A stretch of DNA of 64,000 bases from Hyphomicrobiales bacterium (GCA_021323775.1 JAJPKK010000155.1:9080-73079), one strand, 5' to 3'; counted from the first letter of the stretch, positions 37,372 through 46,398 are shown. Numbers and translations are program-made. The notes: generated from the letters alone by a model not told the origin.

Positions 37372-38118
37372 ATGAATCATATGCCCCCGGAGAGCACAAT
37401 CGGTGTGGCGCTGCCGCAAACCTCTGCGCACGGATGGCTGCGGCGCGTAATCCGGGTACTGGCAGTCGGCTGCGCCTCCCTGCTGATCCTGCCTTATTTG
37501 CTGACGCCACTGTACCGCGTGGTCAACCCGGTCTCGACGCTCATGCTGTGGCGGCGGGCTGAAGGCGCCCGGGTCGAGCAGGTGGTGACGCCAATCGATC
37601 TGTTGGGGCCGATTTTGCCGCGCTCTGTCATTGCGGCCGAGGACGCGCGCTTCTGCAGCCATCATGGAATCGATTTCGGCGAATTGCGGCTTGCGCTGAA
37701 GGCCGAGGCGGCGGGCAACGGACAGCCGCGCGGCGCCTCCAGCATCACCCAGCAGCTCGCCAAGAATCTGTTTCTGTGGCCCGGGCGCAGTTACGTCCGC
37801 AAGGCGCTGGAACTCCCGTTAGCGCTTTGGATCGATTTCGTTATCCCGAAGCGCCGTCAGCTTGAGATCTATCTCAATATTGCGCAATGGGGTCCGAATG
37901 GGGAATTCGGCGCCGAAGCCGGCGCTCGTCGCGCATTCGGCAAATCCGCTGCGGCTCTCTCGCCCGCTGAAGCGGCCTTGCTGGCCGCAGCCCTGCCCAA
38001 TCCGATCCGACGCGATCCCCGACGACCCAGCCCTGCGCTCCGCCGGCTGGCCGCCATTTACGCAGCGCGTGCGGCCTCCACAGCCGAGATCGACCGCTGT
38101 GTGCAAGCGGCGCGTTAG
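37372..38118 (+). CDS. mtgA: monofunctional biosynthetic peptidoglycan transglycosylase
   Basis: GT51 motifs AAEDARFCSHHGID and RGASSITQQLAKN. Confidence 0.9.
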   Translation: MNHMPPESTIGVALPQTSAHGWLRRVIRVLAVGCASLLILPYLLTPLYRVVNPVSTLMLWRRAEGARVEQVVTPIDLLGPILPRSVIAAEDARFCSHHGIDFGELRLALKAEAAGNGQPRGASSITQQLAKNLFLWPGRSYVRKALELPLALWIDFVIPKRRQLEIYLNIAQWGPNGEFGAEAGARRAFGKSAAALSPAEAALLAAALPNPIRRDPRRPSPALRRLAAIYAARAASTAEIDRCVQAAR

Positions 38119-38216
38119 TCCTCGCTGCGGCGAACCTTGCCCGCCGCCGTGTCCGGACTTCCCCACAGCACGCCTATCGCCTATCGTGCGCCGCGTTCGC
38201 GTCAGGAGGAAGCCGC

Positions 38217-39107
38217 ATGAATGTGGGGGTGGCCGGTCTCGGCAATATGGGCGGCGCGATCGCGGCCCGGCTGATCGAGACCGGCAACACGGTGACGGTT
38301 TGGAATCGGTCTGCCGAGAAGTGCAAGCCGCTCGCGGCAGCCGGTGCAGGGATTGCTCCGAGCGCCGCGGCGCTGGCGGACGCCGCCGATACCGTCATTA
38401 CGACCCTGACTGACGCGGCCGCCATCGACGCCGTGTACGGCGGGCCGGCTGGACTTCTCGCCGGCGACGTCACGGACAAGCTGTTCATCGAGATGAGCAC
38501 CGTGCCGCCCGACGTGGAAACGGAGCTTGCCGGGAGAGTGCGGGCGAACGGCGCATCTTTCGTGGAATGTCCGGTCGGCGGCACCACCGGCCCGGCGCGC
38601 CAGGGCAAGCTGATCGGCCTGATGGGGGCCGATCCAACGGACGCCGCGCGGGCGATGCCGCTGCTCGAACAATTGTGCCGTCGCATCGAACATTGCGGGC
38701 CCGTCGGCGCCGGCGCCACCATGAAGCTCGCGCTCAATCTGCCGCTGATGATCTATTGGCAGGCGCTCGGCGAAGCGCTGGCGCTGTGCAGACCGCTGCG
38801 CCTCGATCCCGATCTCCTGGTCGACCTCATGGCCGAAAGCTCAGGGGGCGCAAACGTGCTCAAGGTGCGCGGACCTGCATTGGTCAAACTGCTCAAGGGC
38901 GAACACCCCGGCCCCGCGACGTTCACGCTCGACAACGGCATCAAGGACCTCCGCATCATGCTGGCCGAAGGAACGCGGCGGGGCGTCGAGATGCCGCTTG
39001 CGGCCGCCACGCTGGCATGTTTCGAGGAGGCAAGCCGCCACGGGCTCGGCGCGGCTGAGGCTGCCGGCATGTCGGTGCATTGGTCGAGCCGCGCGGGCGG
39101 GAAATAG
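38217..39107 (+). CDS. NAD(P)-dependent beta-hydroxyacid dehydrogenase family oxidoreductase
   Basis: MNVGVAGLGNMGGAIAARL Rossmann motif; 3-hydroxyisobutyrate dehydrogenase-like length and layout. Confidence 0.85.
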   Translation: MNVGVAGLGNMGGAIAARLIETGNTVTVWNRSAEKCKPLAAAGAGIAPSAAALADAADTVITTLTDAAAIDAVYGGPAGLLAGDVTDKLFIEMSTVPPDVETELAGRVRANGASFVECPVGGTTGPARQGKLIGLMGADPTDAARAMPLLEQLCRRIEHCGPVGAGATMKLALNLPLMIYWQALGEALALCRPLRLDPDLLVDLMAESSGGANVLKVRGPALVKLLKGEHPGPATFTLDNGIKDLRIMLAEGTRRGVEMPLAAATLACFEEASRHGLGAAEAAGMSVHWSSRAGGK

Positions 39108-39151
39108 ATCTCCGTTCGACGTCAACTCCGAATACCCCTCAAGGAGGCGCC

Positions 39152-39595
39152 ATGTCGGTTACGCTCGCGCAAGCCAGCACCATCGTAGATGTTGCGCTCA
39201 AGAAGGCTCGTGAAATGAATCTCGCGCCGCTCACCGTCGCGGTGCTCGATGCCGGCGGCCACCTCGTGGCTTTCAAGCGCGAGGACAAGTCCGGCATTCT
39301 TCGCTACGACATCGCCTATGGCAAAGCCTGGGGCGCCCTCGGCATGGGCTTCGGATCGCGCACGCTGTTCGAGCGCGCCGCCAGCACGCCGCAGTTCTTC
39401 AACGCACTTTATGCGGCGAGCGGCGGGCGCGTTGTCACCAATCCGGGCGGCGTGCTGATCCGCGACGCGGGCGGCGACGTGATCGGGGCGGCCGGGATTT
39501 CCGGCGACACGTCTGACAAGGATGAGGCCTGCGCAATCGCCGGCATTGAAGCGGCCGGATTGAACGCTGATCCGGGCGGGCAGAAGGCCGGATGA
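39152..39595 (+). CDS. GlcG/HbpS family heme-binding protein (DUF336)
   Basis: SD AAGGAGG. ORF trimmed to MSVTLAQASTIVD. Contains AVLDAGGHLVAF.R.D and GAAGISGDTSDKDEACA. Confidence 0.8.
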   Translation: MSVTLAQASTIVDVALKKAREMNLAPLTVAVLDAGGHLVAFKREDKSGILRYDIAYGKAWGALGMGFGSRTLFERAASTPQFFNALYAASGGRVVTNPGGVLIRDAGGDVIGAAGISGDTSDKDEACAIAGIEAAGLNADPGGQKAG

Positions 39596-39637
39596 CGTAC
39601 GACAGACGTTGATTTGCTGACGGCGCGAGCGTCACGG

Positions 39638-39740
39638 TTCCCCCCGCTTGCGGCGGAGGGTCGGGGAGGGGCGCTTGCCACGAGTCGGCGCCATGGTTCG
39701 CCCCTCCCTGACCCTCCCTCGCAAGCGGGGGGAGGGGACC
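39638..39740. repeat. composite of two inverted REP family A units (about 100-bp hairpin)
   Basis: ccccccgcttgcggcggagggtcggggaggggcg .. cgcccctccctgaccctccctcgcaagcggggggagggg. Confidence 0.7.
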
Positions 39741-39785
39741 GCAATGGGCGCGATTATTCTTACGTGAACTCCCAGGAGCCTCCTC

Positions 39786-40436
39786 ATGATCCGGCTATTC
39801 TCGTTCTGGCGCTCGCTCGCGACCTATCGGGTGCGCGTCGCGCTCAATCTCAAGGGGCTGACGCCGGATGACGAGATCGAAGTCAACCTGATGAAGGGCG
39901 CGCAGCGCGCGGCCGCTTACCGCGCCGTCAATCCCATGATGGCGCTGCCGGCGCTCATCGACGGCGAAGCGCCCGTCCTGTTCGAATCCCTCGCCATTAT
40001 CGAGTATCTCGATGAAACGCGCCCCGACCCGCCGCTGTTGCCGAAGGACGCACGCGGCCGGGCGCGGGTGCGCGGCCTCGCCCAGATCGTGGCGTGCGAT
40101 TGTCATCCGCTCATCGTGCCGCGCGTGCGCGAATACCTGGAGCACGAACTCAAGATCGACGAGCCCGCCCGTATGGAATGGTGCCGCCATTGGCACGTGC
40201 AGGCGCTGGCCGCGCTCGAACTCCACCTTGGCTCACAGGAAACAGGTCGCTTTTGCCATGGCGACCAGGTGACGATCGCAGACATCTGTCTCGCCAGCCA
40301 GGCGGCGGGCGCCAGGCTCTTCGGCGCCGACATCGCGCCGTTCGTGAACGTCGCCCGTATCGTGGAGACTTGCCACCGGATCGACGCTTTCGCCCGCGCC
40401 CACCCGCTCCGCCAGCCCGGCGCTCCGGCGACATGA
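39786..40436 (+). CDS. maiA: maleylacetoacetate isomerase (zeta-class GST)
   Basis: LFSFWRSLATYRVRVALNLKGL .. NPMMALPALIDGE..LFESLAIIEYLDE. Confidence 0.85.
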   Translation: MIRLFSFWRSLATYRVRVALNLKGLTPDDEIEVNLMKGAQRAAAYRAVNPMMALPALIDGEAPVLFESLAIIEYLDETRPDPPLLPKDARGRARVRGLAQIVACDCHPLIVPRVREYLEHELKIDEPARMEWCRHWHVQALAALELHLGSQETGRFCHGDQVTIADICLASQAAGARLFGADIAPFVNVARIVETCHRIDAFARAHPLRQPGAPAT

Positions 40437-40689
40437 GGTGCAAGGCGGATCGCACTCGCCTCATCGGAGATTTTGCGGCTTGCGGCAGAATCTTGTTTCT
40501 CTTGCCTGCCGAATGAAACTATGACAGCCCCTTCCTGCCCTGGGACCGCAGGCGTCCTGCCCGCTTTTCTCCTGACCAAAGCGCAGGCAGCGGCAATGCG
40601 GCCGAGACGCCCGCGGTCCCAGGGTTACGGAGATGGCGCGGGCGTGCGTCCGGCCGTGGCGGGGTCGCCGCCGGCAGGGGGAGGACTTC

Positions 40690-41958
40690 ATGGGAGCAAA
40701 TTTCGGCATCGCGGGTTTGGATTGGCAGCAACGCGTCAACTGGGACCGGTTGCGCAAATACCGGACCGAACGGGCGCGGGAGATGATGAAAAAGCATGGC
40801 CTCGGCGCCCTGCTTTGCATGTATGACGAAAACGTCCGCTACATCACCGGCACCCTCACCCCGGGCTGGAACCGGCTCAAGCCCGGCCTGCGCTATGCGA
40901 TGTTGTGCGGCGACGGCGATCCGGTCCTGTTCGAGCAAGGGGACCTCGGCTTCCAGGTCGAGCGTCACTCGCCGTGGCTGCCAAAGGAAAACATCCGGCA
41001 CTCGTTCGCCTGGATCAAAGGCGCCGCCGGCCCTGCCTCGACTGCGCAGGTGACCAAGTTCACCAACGCCATCATTGAAGAAATGCAGCGCCATGGCGTG
41101 GCCGGCGAAAAGCTCGGCGTCGATTTCATCGACATCAACATGATCAACATTTTCAAGGACAAGAACATCACCTGGGTCGACGGCATGACGCCGATGATGG
41201 AGGCGCGTGCGGTCAAGAATGTCGACGAGCAGCAATGCATGCGCATCGTCGGCGCGATCGGCGACGCGACCCATTGGGAGTGCATGAAGTTCCTGCGGCC
41301 CGGCATTACCGAGAACCAGGTCACGGCGCATCTCATGAAGTACCTCTATAACATCCCCGGCATGGAGGACGTGGAGGACGTCATCGTCTCGTCCGGTCCG
41401 AACACCTGGCCGAACTGGCGCAATTTTTCCGACCGCATCATCCAGCCGGGCGACATCGTGTTCATGGACTTGGCCGCATTGACCTGGAACGGCTACAAAT
41501 CCTGCTATTACCGCACCTATTGCGTCGGCAAGGAGCCGACGCAGGAGCAGAAGGACACCTACGAGCAAGCCTTGACCTGGCTTTACGACTCGATTGAAGC
41601 CGTAAAGGTAGGGGCGACGACGCGCGAGATCGCGGAGAAATGGCCGTCCGCCATGGAGACCTGGGGCTACGAGGACGAGGATCAGGCGGCCGCGAACCTG
41701 TGGGGACACGGATTGGGCCTTGCCCAGTACGACCAGCCGGTGATTTCTCGCATCTGGTCGCTCGATCATCCGGTTGAGATTAAGGAAGGCATGACTTTCG
41801 CGCTGGAGACGCAGCACGGCAAGCGCTTCCGCTACGGCGTGCGCATCGAGGAGATGCTCATCGTGCACAAGGACTCAATCGAGATCGTGTCCAATTTCCC
41901 GGTCAAGCAGATCACCGTCGTCGATCCGCTGCCCGGCTACGGCGACCACGTGAAGTAG
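40690..41958 (+). CDS. M24 family metallohydrolase (creatinase/prolidase fold; DddP-like layout)
   Basis: ORF trimmed to MGANFGIAG, with SD GGGGGAGG. Creatinase-like N-domain plus pita-bread C-domain (GDIVFMDLA.., GHGLGL.., GMTFALE..RIEEMLIV). Confidence 0.8.
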   Translation: MGANFGIAGLDWQQRVNWDRLRKYRTERAREMMKKHGLGALLCMYDENVRYITGTLTPGWNRLKPGLRYAMLCGDGDPVLFEQGDLGFQVERHSPWLPKENIRHSFAWIKGAAGPASTAQVTKFTNAIIEEMQRHGVAGEKLGVDFIDINMINIFKDKNITWVDGMTPMMEARAVKNVDEQQCMRIVGAIGDATHWECMKFLRPGITENQVTAHLMKYLYNIPGMEDVEDVIVSSGPNTWPNWRNFSDRIIQPGDIVFMDLAALTWNGYKSCYYRTYCVGKEPTQEQKDTYEQALTWLYDSIEAVKVGATTREIAEKWPSAMETWGYEDEDQAAANLWGHGLGLAQYDQPVISRIWSLDHPVEIKEGMTFALETQHGKRFRYGVRIEEMLIVHKDSIEIVSNFPVKQITVVDPLPGYGDHVK

Positions 41959-41992
41959 CTAGTAGAGCGATTCCATGAAATCGATCAGATCC

Positions 41993-42087
41993 GTAGGGTG
42001 GGCAAAGCGAAGGGTGCCCGCCCGGCCACGGCGGGCAAGGCGCGCATCCTTCGACAAGCTCAAGAGCGCGCCTTTGCCCACCCTGCA
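41993..42087. repeat. palindromic REP family B (GGGTGGGCAAAG .. CTTTGCCCACCC)
   Basis: 12-bp perfect inverted arms at 41996-42007 and 42072-42083. Confidence 0.6.
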
Positions 42088-42137
42088 GTCCGCACTGTAT
42101 GACTCAAGCTTCGAAACCGCGCGAATAGGACACTGCC

Positions 42138-43532
42138 ATGAGCGCATCATCGGCGACGCGTTCGATGCCGGCGGATCGCTTCATCGTTCCTCTGCAGGCC
42201 CCCTGCGCGAATGATGAATCGCGGGTTGGGCCGAAGGCCGCCAATCTTGCGGCGCTTGCTCGTGCCGGCCTGCCCACGGCGGGCGGCTTTTGTCTAACGG
42301 CTGATGCCTATCTGGCGCAGCTCACGGCGCTCGGCCTCGATGATGCAGTCGCGCAGTTCGCGGCCGCGGATCCGCGCGGGCAGCGGAGGCTCTCGGTCGA
42401 CATCAGGCTGGCGCTCTACGAACAGCCGATCGTGACCGAGATTCTTGAGCCTCTGCGCGACGCCTGGCATGCGCAGCGCGCCGCAAGCGGCAAGCCCTGC
42501 GCCGTACGCTCCTCCGCGCTAATCGAGGACCGTAGGGGTGCGAACTTTGCCGGCCAGTTCGAGAGCTTTCTCGGCATCGACGACGAAGGCGCATTTCTCA
42601 CTGCGGTTCGCGCCTGCTGGGCGGCCCTTTGGACCACCAATGCGCGGCGCTACATGGACAATCATGGTTTAAGCCCCGCCGATACCGCGATGGCGGTGCT
42701 GATCCAGCCGCTCATCGATGCCCGCGCTTCTGGCGGAGGGTTAAGCGAAAACGCCGAAGGCCAGATGCTGCTCAGCGCCGCCTGGGGGCTCGGTTCCGCG
42801 ATCGCCCAAGGCGAAGTCGTGCCCGACCGCATCGTGCTCACGCGTCAGGGTTTCCTGCGGACCAATGAAGCCGGTCGCAAGCATCACGCCGACATTTGTC
42901 GCCATGGCGCGAACGGGGATACCAGCAGCGGCGACCGCGTTGCACCGCAGGCGATGCCGCGCGAGCTTGTGGAAAAGCCGTGCCTTAACGCGGGCCAAGC
43001 GGTTCAACTCGGCCGGCTGCTGCGCAAGGCTGAGGCGGCGCTGGGCATGCCGGTCGAGATCGAGTGGGCGCTCGATGAAACCGGCTTCACGCTGCTTCAG
43101 GCGCGCCCGCTGCCCCTGCCCCTTCCCTCCCCCGCTTGCGGGGCAGGGTTAGGGAAGGGGGCGGCAGAGCGTAGAGCGGGCGCAGCGCCCGACGAGATCT
43201 GGCTCAAGCACCCCGGCCTCTATGGCCATCCGGCCGGCATCGGCTGGGGCTCGGGCCGCGCCGTGGTGGTGAATTGCGAATGCGAACTCACCCGCATCGC
43301 GCCCGGCGATATCCTGGTGACGCGGGTCGCCGGGCCCGCGCTCGGCCACGTGCTGCCGCGGGTTGCGGGCGTCGTTGCCGAACGCGGCGGTTCGACCTCC
43401 CATCTCGCCTCGCTGGCGCGCGAGCGCGGCATCCCGATGGTGCTTGGCGTGCATGAGGCGACGCGAAAAATTCCTGACGGCGCGCAGGTCGCGGTCGATG
43501 GCGTTACCGGCATCGTGCGGTGGATGGCATGA
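42138..43532 (+). CDS. PEP/pyruvate-binding (PPDK_N ATP-grasp) plus PEP-utiliser mobile His domain protein; no C-terminal catalytic barrel
   Basis: N-terminus VGPKAANLAALARAGLPTAGGFCLT and swivel motif GGSTSHLASLARERGIPMV. 464 aa. An in-frame REP insert sits in the interdomain linker. Confidence 0.8.
   Translation: MSASSATRSMPADRFIVPLQAPCANDESRVGPKAANLAALARAGLPTAGGFCLTADAYLAQLTALGLDDAVAQFAAADPRGQRRLSVDIRLALYEQPIVTEILEPLRDAWHAQRAASGKPCAVRSSALIEDRRGANFAGQFESFLGIDDEGAFLTAVRACWAALWTTNARRYMDNHGLSPADTAMAVLIQPLIDARASGGGLSENAEGQMLLSAAWGLGSAIAQGEVVPDRIVLTRQGFLRTNEAGRKHHADICRHGANGDTSSGDRVAPQAMPRELVEKPCLNAGQAVQLGRLLRKAEAALGMPVEIEWALDETGFTLLQARPLPLPLPSPACGAGLGKGAAERRAGAAPDEIWLKHPGLYGHPAGIGWGSGRAVVVNCECELTRIAPGDILVTRVAGPALGHVLPRVAGVVAERGGSTSHLASLARERGIPMVLGVHEATRKIPDGAQVAVDGVTGIVRWMA
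43110..43162. repeat. REP family A unit, intragenic (linker of the PEP-utiliser protein)
   Basis: ctgcccctgccccttccctcccccgcttgcggggcagggttagggaagggggc, translated as PLPLPLPSPACGAGLGKGA. Confidence 0.7.
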
Positions 43533-44509
43533 TGACGCGCATTTTTGTCAGCCAGCCAGTGCATGAGAGCGCGCTTGCGCGCCTCACCGCCATCGCGGCC
43601 GTCACGTCAAATCCGGATTCCCGGCAAATCCTCCCCAGGGACCAGCTCATTGCCGGCGTGCGCGGCTGCGATATCCTGTTCAGTCTGTTGCACGACCGGA
43701 TCGATCGCGAGGTGATCGAGGCCAACCCGGACCTGCGCGCCATCGCCTCGATGTCGATCACGCCCGACAATATCGACGTGGCGGCGGCGACGGCGCGGGG
43801 CATTCCCGTGACGGTGGTGCCGGCGCTTGCGGTCGAGTCGACCGCCGATACGCATTTCGCCCTGCTGCTGGCGGTCGCGCGCCGCGTGGTCGAAGGCGAC
43901 CAACTCGTCCGCAGCGGCATCTTTCCGGGCTCCCAGGCGAATTACCTCCTCGGCTCCGGCGTCTACGGCAAGACCATCGGCCTCGTCGGCGGGCGAGGCC
44001 GCATCGGCCGCGCCGTCGCGGCAAGGGCCAAGGGTTTCTCCATGCGCATTCTCTATTGTGGGCCGCATCCGATGGAGAAGGCGGAGGAGGAGGCGCTCGG
44101 CGCCGTCTATGTCCCGCTCGACCGCCTGCTTGCGGAAGCAGATTTTGTTTCGCTTCACCCAAGCCTGACGGACGAAACCCGTCACATGATCGACGCGCGC
44201 GCGCTGGCGCTGATGAAGCCGACTGCGTTCCTGATCAACACGGCCCGCGGCGCCGTCGTCGACGAGGCGGCGCTCGTCGACGCGCTCTCGGAGAAGCGCA
44301 TCGCCGGCGCCGGCCTCGACGTGTTCGAGAACGAGCCGGAAATCAACCCGGCGCTCAGGAAGCTTCCCAACGTGACAATGACGCCGCATTTGGGCAGTGC
44401 GGTCTTCGAGGTGCGCGAGGCCATGGCCAATGCCGTGGTGGACAATATCGTGGCCCTGTTGGAAGGACGGCGGCCGCCGAACATCGTCAATCCTGAGGTG
44501 TTGCCGTGA
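43529..44509 (+). CDS. D-isomer-specific 2-hydroxyacid dehydrogenase (glyoxylate/hydroxypyruvate reductase-like)
   Basis: ATGA overlap with the upstream stop. NAD motif GLVGGRGRIGRAVA; also NTARGAVVDE and the PHLGSA catalytic His context. Confidence 0.85.
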   Translation: MMTRIFVSQPVHESALARLTAIAAVTSNPDSRQILPRDQLIAGVRGCDILFSLLHDRIDREVIEANPDLRAIASMSITPDNIDVAAATARGIPVTVVPALAVESTADTHFALLLAVARRVVEGDQLVRSGIFPGSQANYLLGSGVYGKTIGLVGGRGRIGRAVAARAKGFSMRILYCGPHPMEKAEEEALGAVYVPLDRLLAEADFVSLHPSLTDETRHMIDARALALMKPTAFLINTARGAVVDEAALVDALSEKRIAGAGLDVFENEPEINPALRKLPNVTMTPHLGSAVFEVREAMANAVVDNIVALLEGRRPPNIVNPEVLP

Positions 44510-45468
44510 GCCGCACGCTGATTGCCGTGACCGACAGCCCGTTTCCCTCCCTTGCCCCAGCGGTCGCCGCCCTCGAACGCGTCAATCCCGAACTGCGCAT
44601 GGCAAAATCTGCATCCGCGGAGGACATCCTTGCGGTCGCGCGGGATGCGGACGCGGTGCTGGTCATTTACGCAAAGCTGCCGGGCGAGCTTCTCAGGAAG
44701 TTTACACGCTGCAAGGCGATCGGCCGGTTCGGCCTCGGCGTCGACAACATCGACATCGCGGCGGCAACCGAACTCGGCATCACGGTCACCTATGTGCCAG
44801 ACTATTGCCTGCGCGAGGTCTCTGACCACGCCATGGCGCTCCTGCTCGCGCTCGCGCGCAAGATTGCGTTCTCCAACTCTCTGGTGCAGTCTGGCCGATG
44901 GGAAGTGCCGCCGATTGTCCCGCTGCGCCGGCTTGAGGGCCAGATACTGGGCCTGATCGGATTCGGCAATATCCCACGGGCGCTCGTCCCAAAGGCGAAG
45001 GCGTTCGGGCTCAAGGTCATCACCCACGATCCTTACGTTCCGGCCGATGTGGTGAAAGCGTTCGGCGTCGAGAGCACGAGTTTCGAGGACCTTCTGGCTC
45101 ACTCTGATTTTGTCTCAATCCACGCGCCGCTACTGCCCTCGACCCGCGGACTGATGAATGCCGCTGCATTCGCCAGGATGAAAAAGGGCGCGTTCCTTGT
45201 GAACACCGCTCGCGGCCCGTTGATCGACGAGGCGGCGCTGGTCGCGGCGCTTGACAGCGGACGCCTCGCCGGCGTCGCGCTTGACGTGGTTGCAGCCGAA
45301 CCGCTTGCAGGGGATTCTCCGCTGCTTGGCCGCGGCAACGTCATCCTGACGCCGCACACGGCGTTCTATTCCGTCGAGGCGCTTGAGGAACTGCAAACCA
45401 AATGCGCAAGCGACGTCGCGAGAGTCTTGTCGGGGGAGGCGCCGGTCTATCCGGTGAAGATGGGGTGA
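44506..45468 (+). CDS. D-isomer-specific 2-hydroxyacid dehydrogenase (CtBP-like)
   Basis: GTGA overlap. Contains GLIGFGNIPRAL, NTARGPLIDE and TPHTAFYS. Confidence 0.85.
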   Translation: MSRTLIAVTDSPFPSLAPAVAALERVNPELRMAKSASAEDILAVARDADAVLVIYAKLPGELLRKFTRCKAIGRFGLGVDNIDIAAATELGITVTYVPDYCLREVSDHAMALLLALARKIAFSNSLVQSGRWEVPPIVPLRRLEGQILGLIGFGNIPRALVPKAKAFGLKVITHDPYVPADVVKAFGVESTSFEDLLAHSDFVSIHAPLLPSTRGLMNAAAFARMKKGAFLVNTARGPLIDEAALVAALDSGRLAGVALDVVAAEPLAGDSPLLGRGNVILTPHTAFYSVEALEELQTKCASDVARVLSGEAPVYPVKMG

Positions 45469-45502
45469 GCCGATTGTCGATGAGCCTTAACCGGAAACAA
45501 AG

Positions 45503-45531
45503 ACAGCCGGTCTTTCGACCGGCTGTTTTTT
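45503..45531. terminator. rho-independent terminator, probably bidirectional
   Basis: acagccggtc-tttc-gaccggctgt followed by tttttt. It lies between convergent genes. Confidence 0.65.
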
Positions 45532-45579
45532 CGTCAGGAGCTGGCGGCCGTTCGTCGCCGAAGTCGGAACTGGCGTTTG

Positions 45580-45861
45580 CTACCTCGCGCGTCCTCTGGT
45601 CGGTGAACTCGCCGCTGAAGCGACTGGACCAGCGCTGAGGGGGATTTTTCCTGCCATGCATTGGTCCATAAATCCTTTATGTTGTGACGCCTGTCTGCTG
45701 GCTCCTCCCTTGTTGGGTCCGGAACCTCTTTCCACCGCCAGCGAATAGCAGGCGTCCCAGGTGGGAGCGTGCGGAGCCGCAAATGCGGGGATTGCAGCGC
45801 CGGCGGTCGCAAGTGCGGCAGCAATGACGGCGGTCGCAAACGGGTTGCGTTTCCTGATCAT
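45580..45861 (-). CDS. small hypothetical exported protein
   Basis: Signal peptide MIRKRNPFATAVIAAALATAGAAIPAFA; 93 aa. Confidence 0.5.
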   Translation of the reverse strand: MIRKRNPFATAVIAAALATAGAAIPAFAAPHAPTWDACYSLAVERGSGPNKGGASRQASQHKGFMDQCMAGKIPLSAGPVASAASSPTRGRAR

Positions 45862-45937
45862 GGTGAAGTCTCTTCCAGTTTCAGTTTGCGAGACGAAGTT
45901 CCGATTCGATCCGTCTTGCCTTGTGGGCAGGAAATCG

Positions 45938-45955
45938 GACTGAACCGTTCGGTCA
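45938..45955. promoter_or_regulatory. operator-like palindrome 1 (GACTGAAC-c-GTTCGGTC)
   Basis: Imperfect palindrome centred on 45946, about 80 bp upstream of the 45861 start. Confidence 0.3.
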
Positions 45956-45984
45956 AACTATGAATTCCATGTAAGGTTTCAAGG

Positions 45985-46003
45985 TGACCGAACCGTTCAG
46001 TCA
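45985..46003. promoter_or_regulatory. operator-like palindrome 2 (TGACCGAAC-c-GTTCAGTCA)
   Basis: 19-bp palindrome with 1 mismatch, centred 48 bp from palindrome 1 and sharing the same half-sites. Confidence 0.3.
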
Positions 46004-46398
46004 CAATCGTTGATCGCACCACGGTAATGAAGCACCGTTTCAAGTAAGAGCGCCGATCCCCTGAAAACGAGACAATATCCTTTAAATCAAAAGTTTATTG
46101 GCCTACACCGTATTCGCGGACAGGAACTTTTGCATTGCTGCAATGCGATAAGACGACGCGCTGTGACCTGGGCGCTGGGCCGCGATCCGCTGTCGCCATG
46201 TCTGTAGGTCATGTTGATAAATTCGGGCTGGCACAGGCGGGCCGGTGCCAATACCCTTCGGCCGCCCGCGAACTCCCGCCATGTCGCGACGGGATCGACG
46301 TGACGAAGCCGCCGGTTTGGACCGACGGCTTCGCGCGCTTGCTCCAATTCGCGGCCGGAAAGCCGACCGATAACATGTGGAATATTTGCGGAAACGAA

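Noticed and set aside
40519-41868. 449-aa ORF antisense to the M24 gene; likewise 44182..45102, 52720..54174, 56603..57673 and 61067..62668 against their sense genes
   Set aside because: Same reasoning: the sense genes carry diagnostic motifs (ychF, hisD, hsdR and others) and the antisense ORFs carry none.
46087-46347. 86-aa minus-strand ORF (TTG start) in the AT-rich spacer, possibly a gene remnant
   Set aside because: It has no start/SD support and no recognisable family. It is mentioned only as possible debris within the spacer finding.
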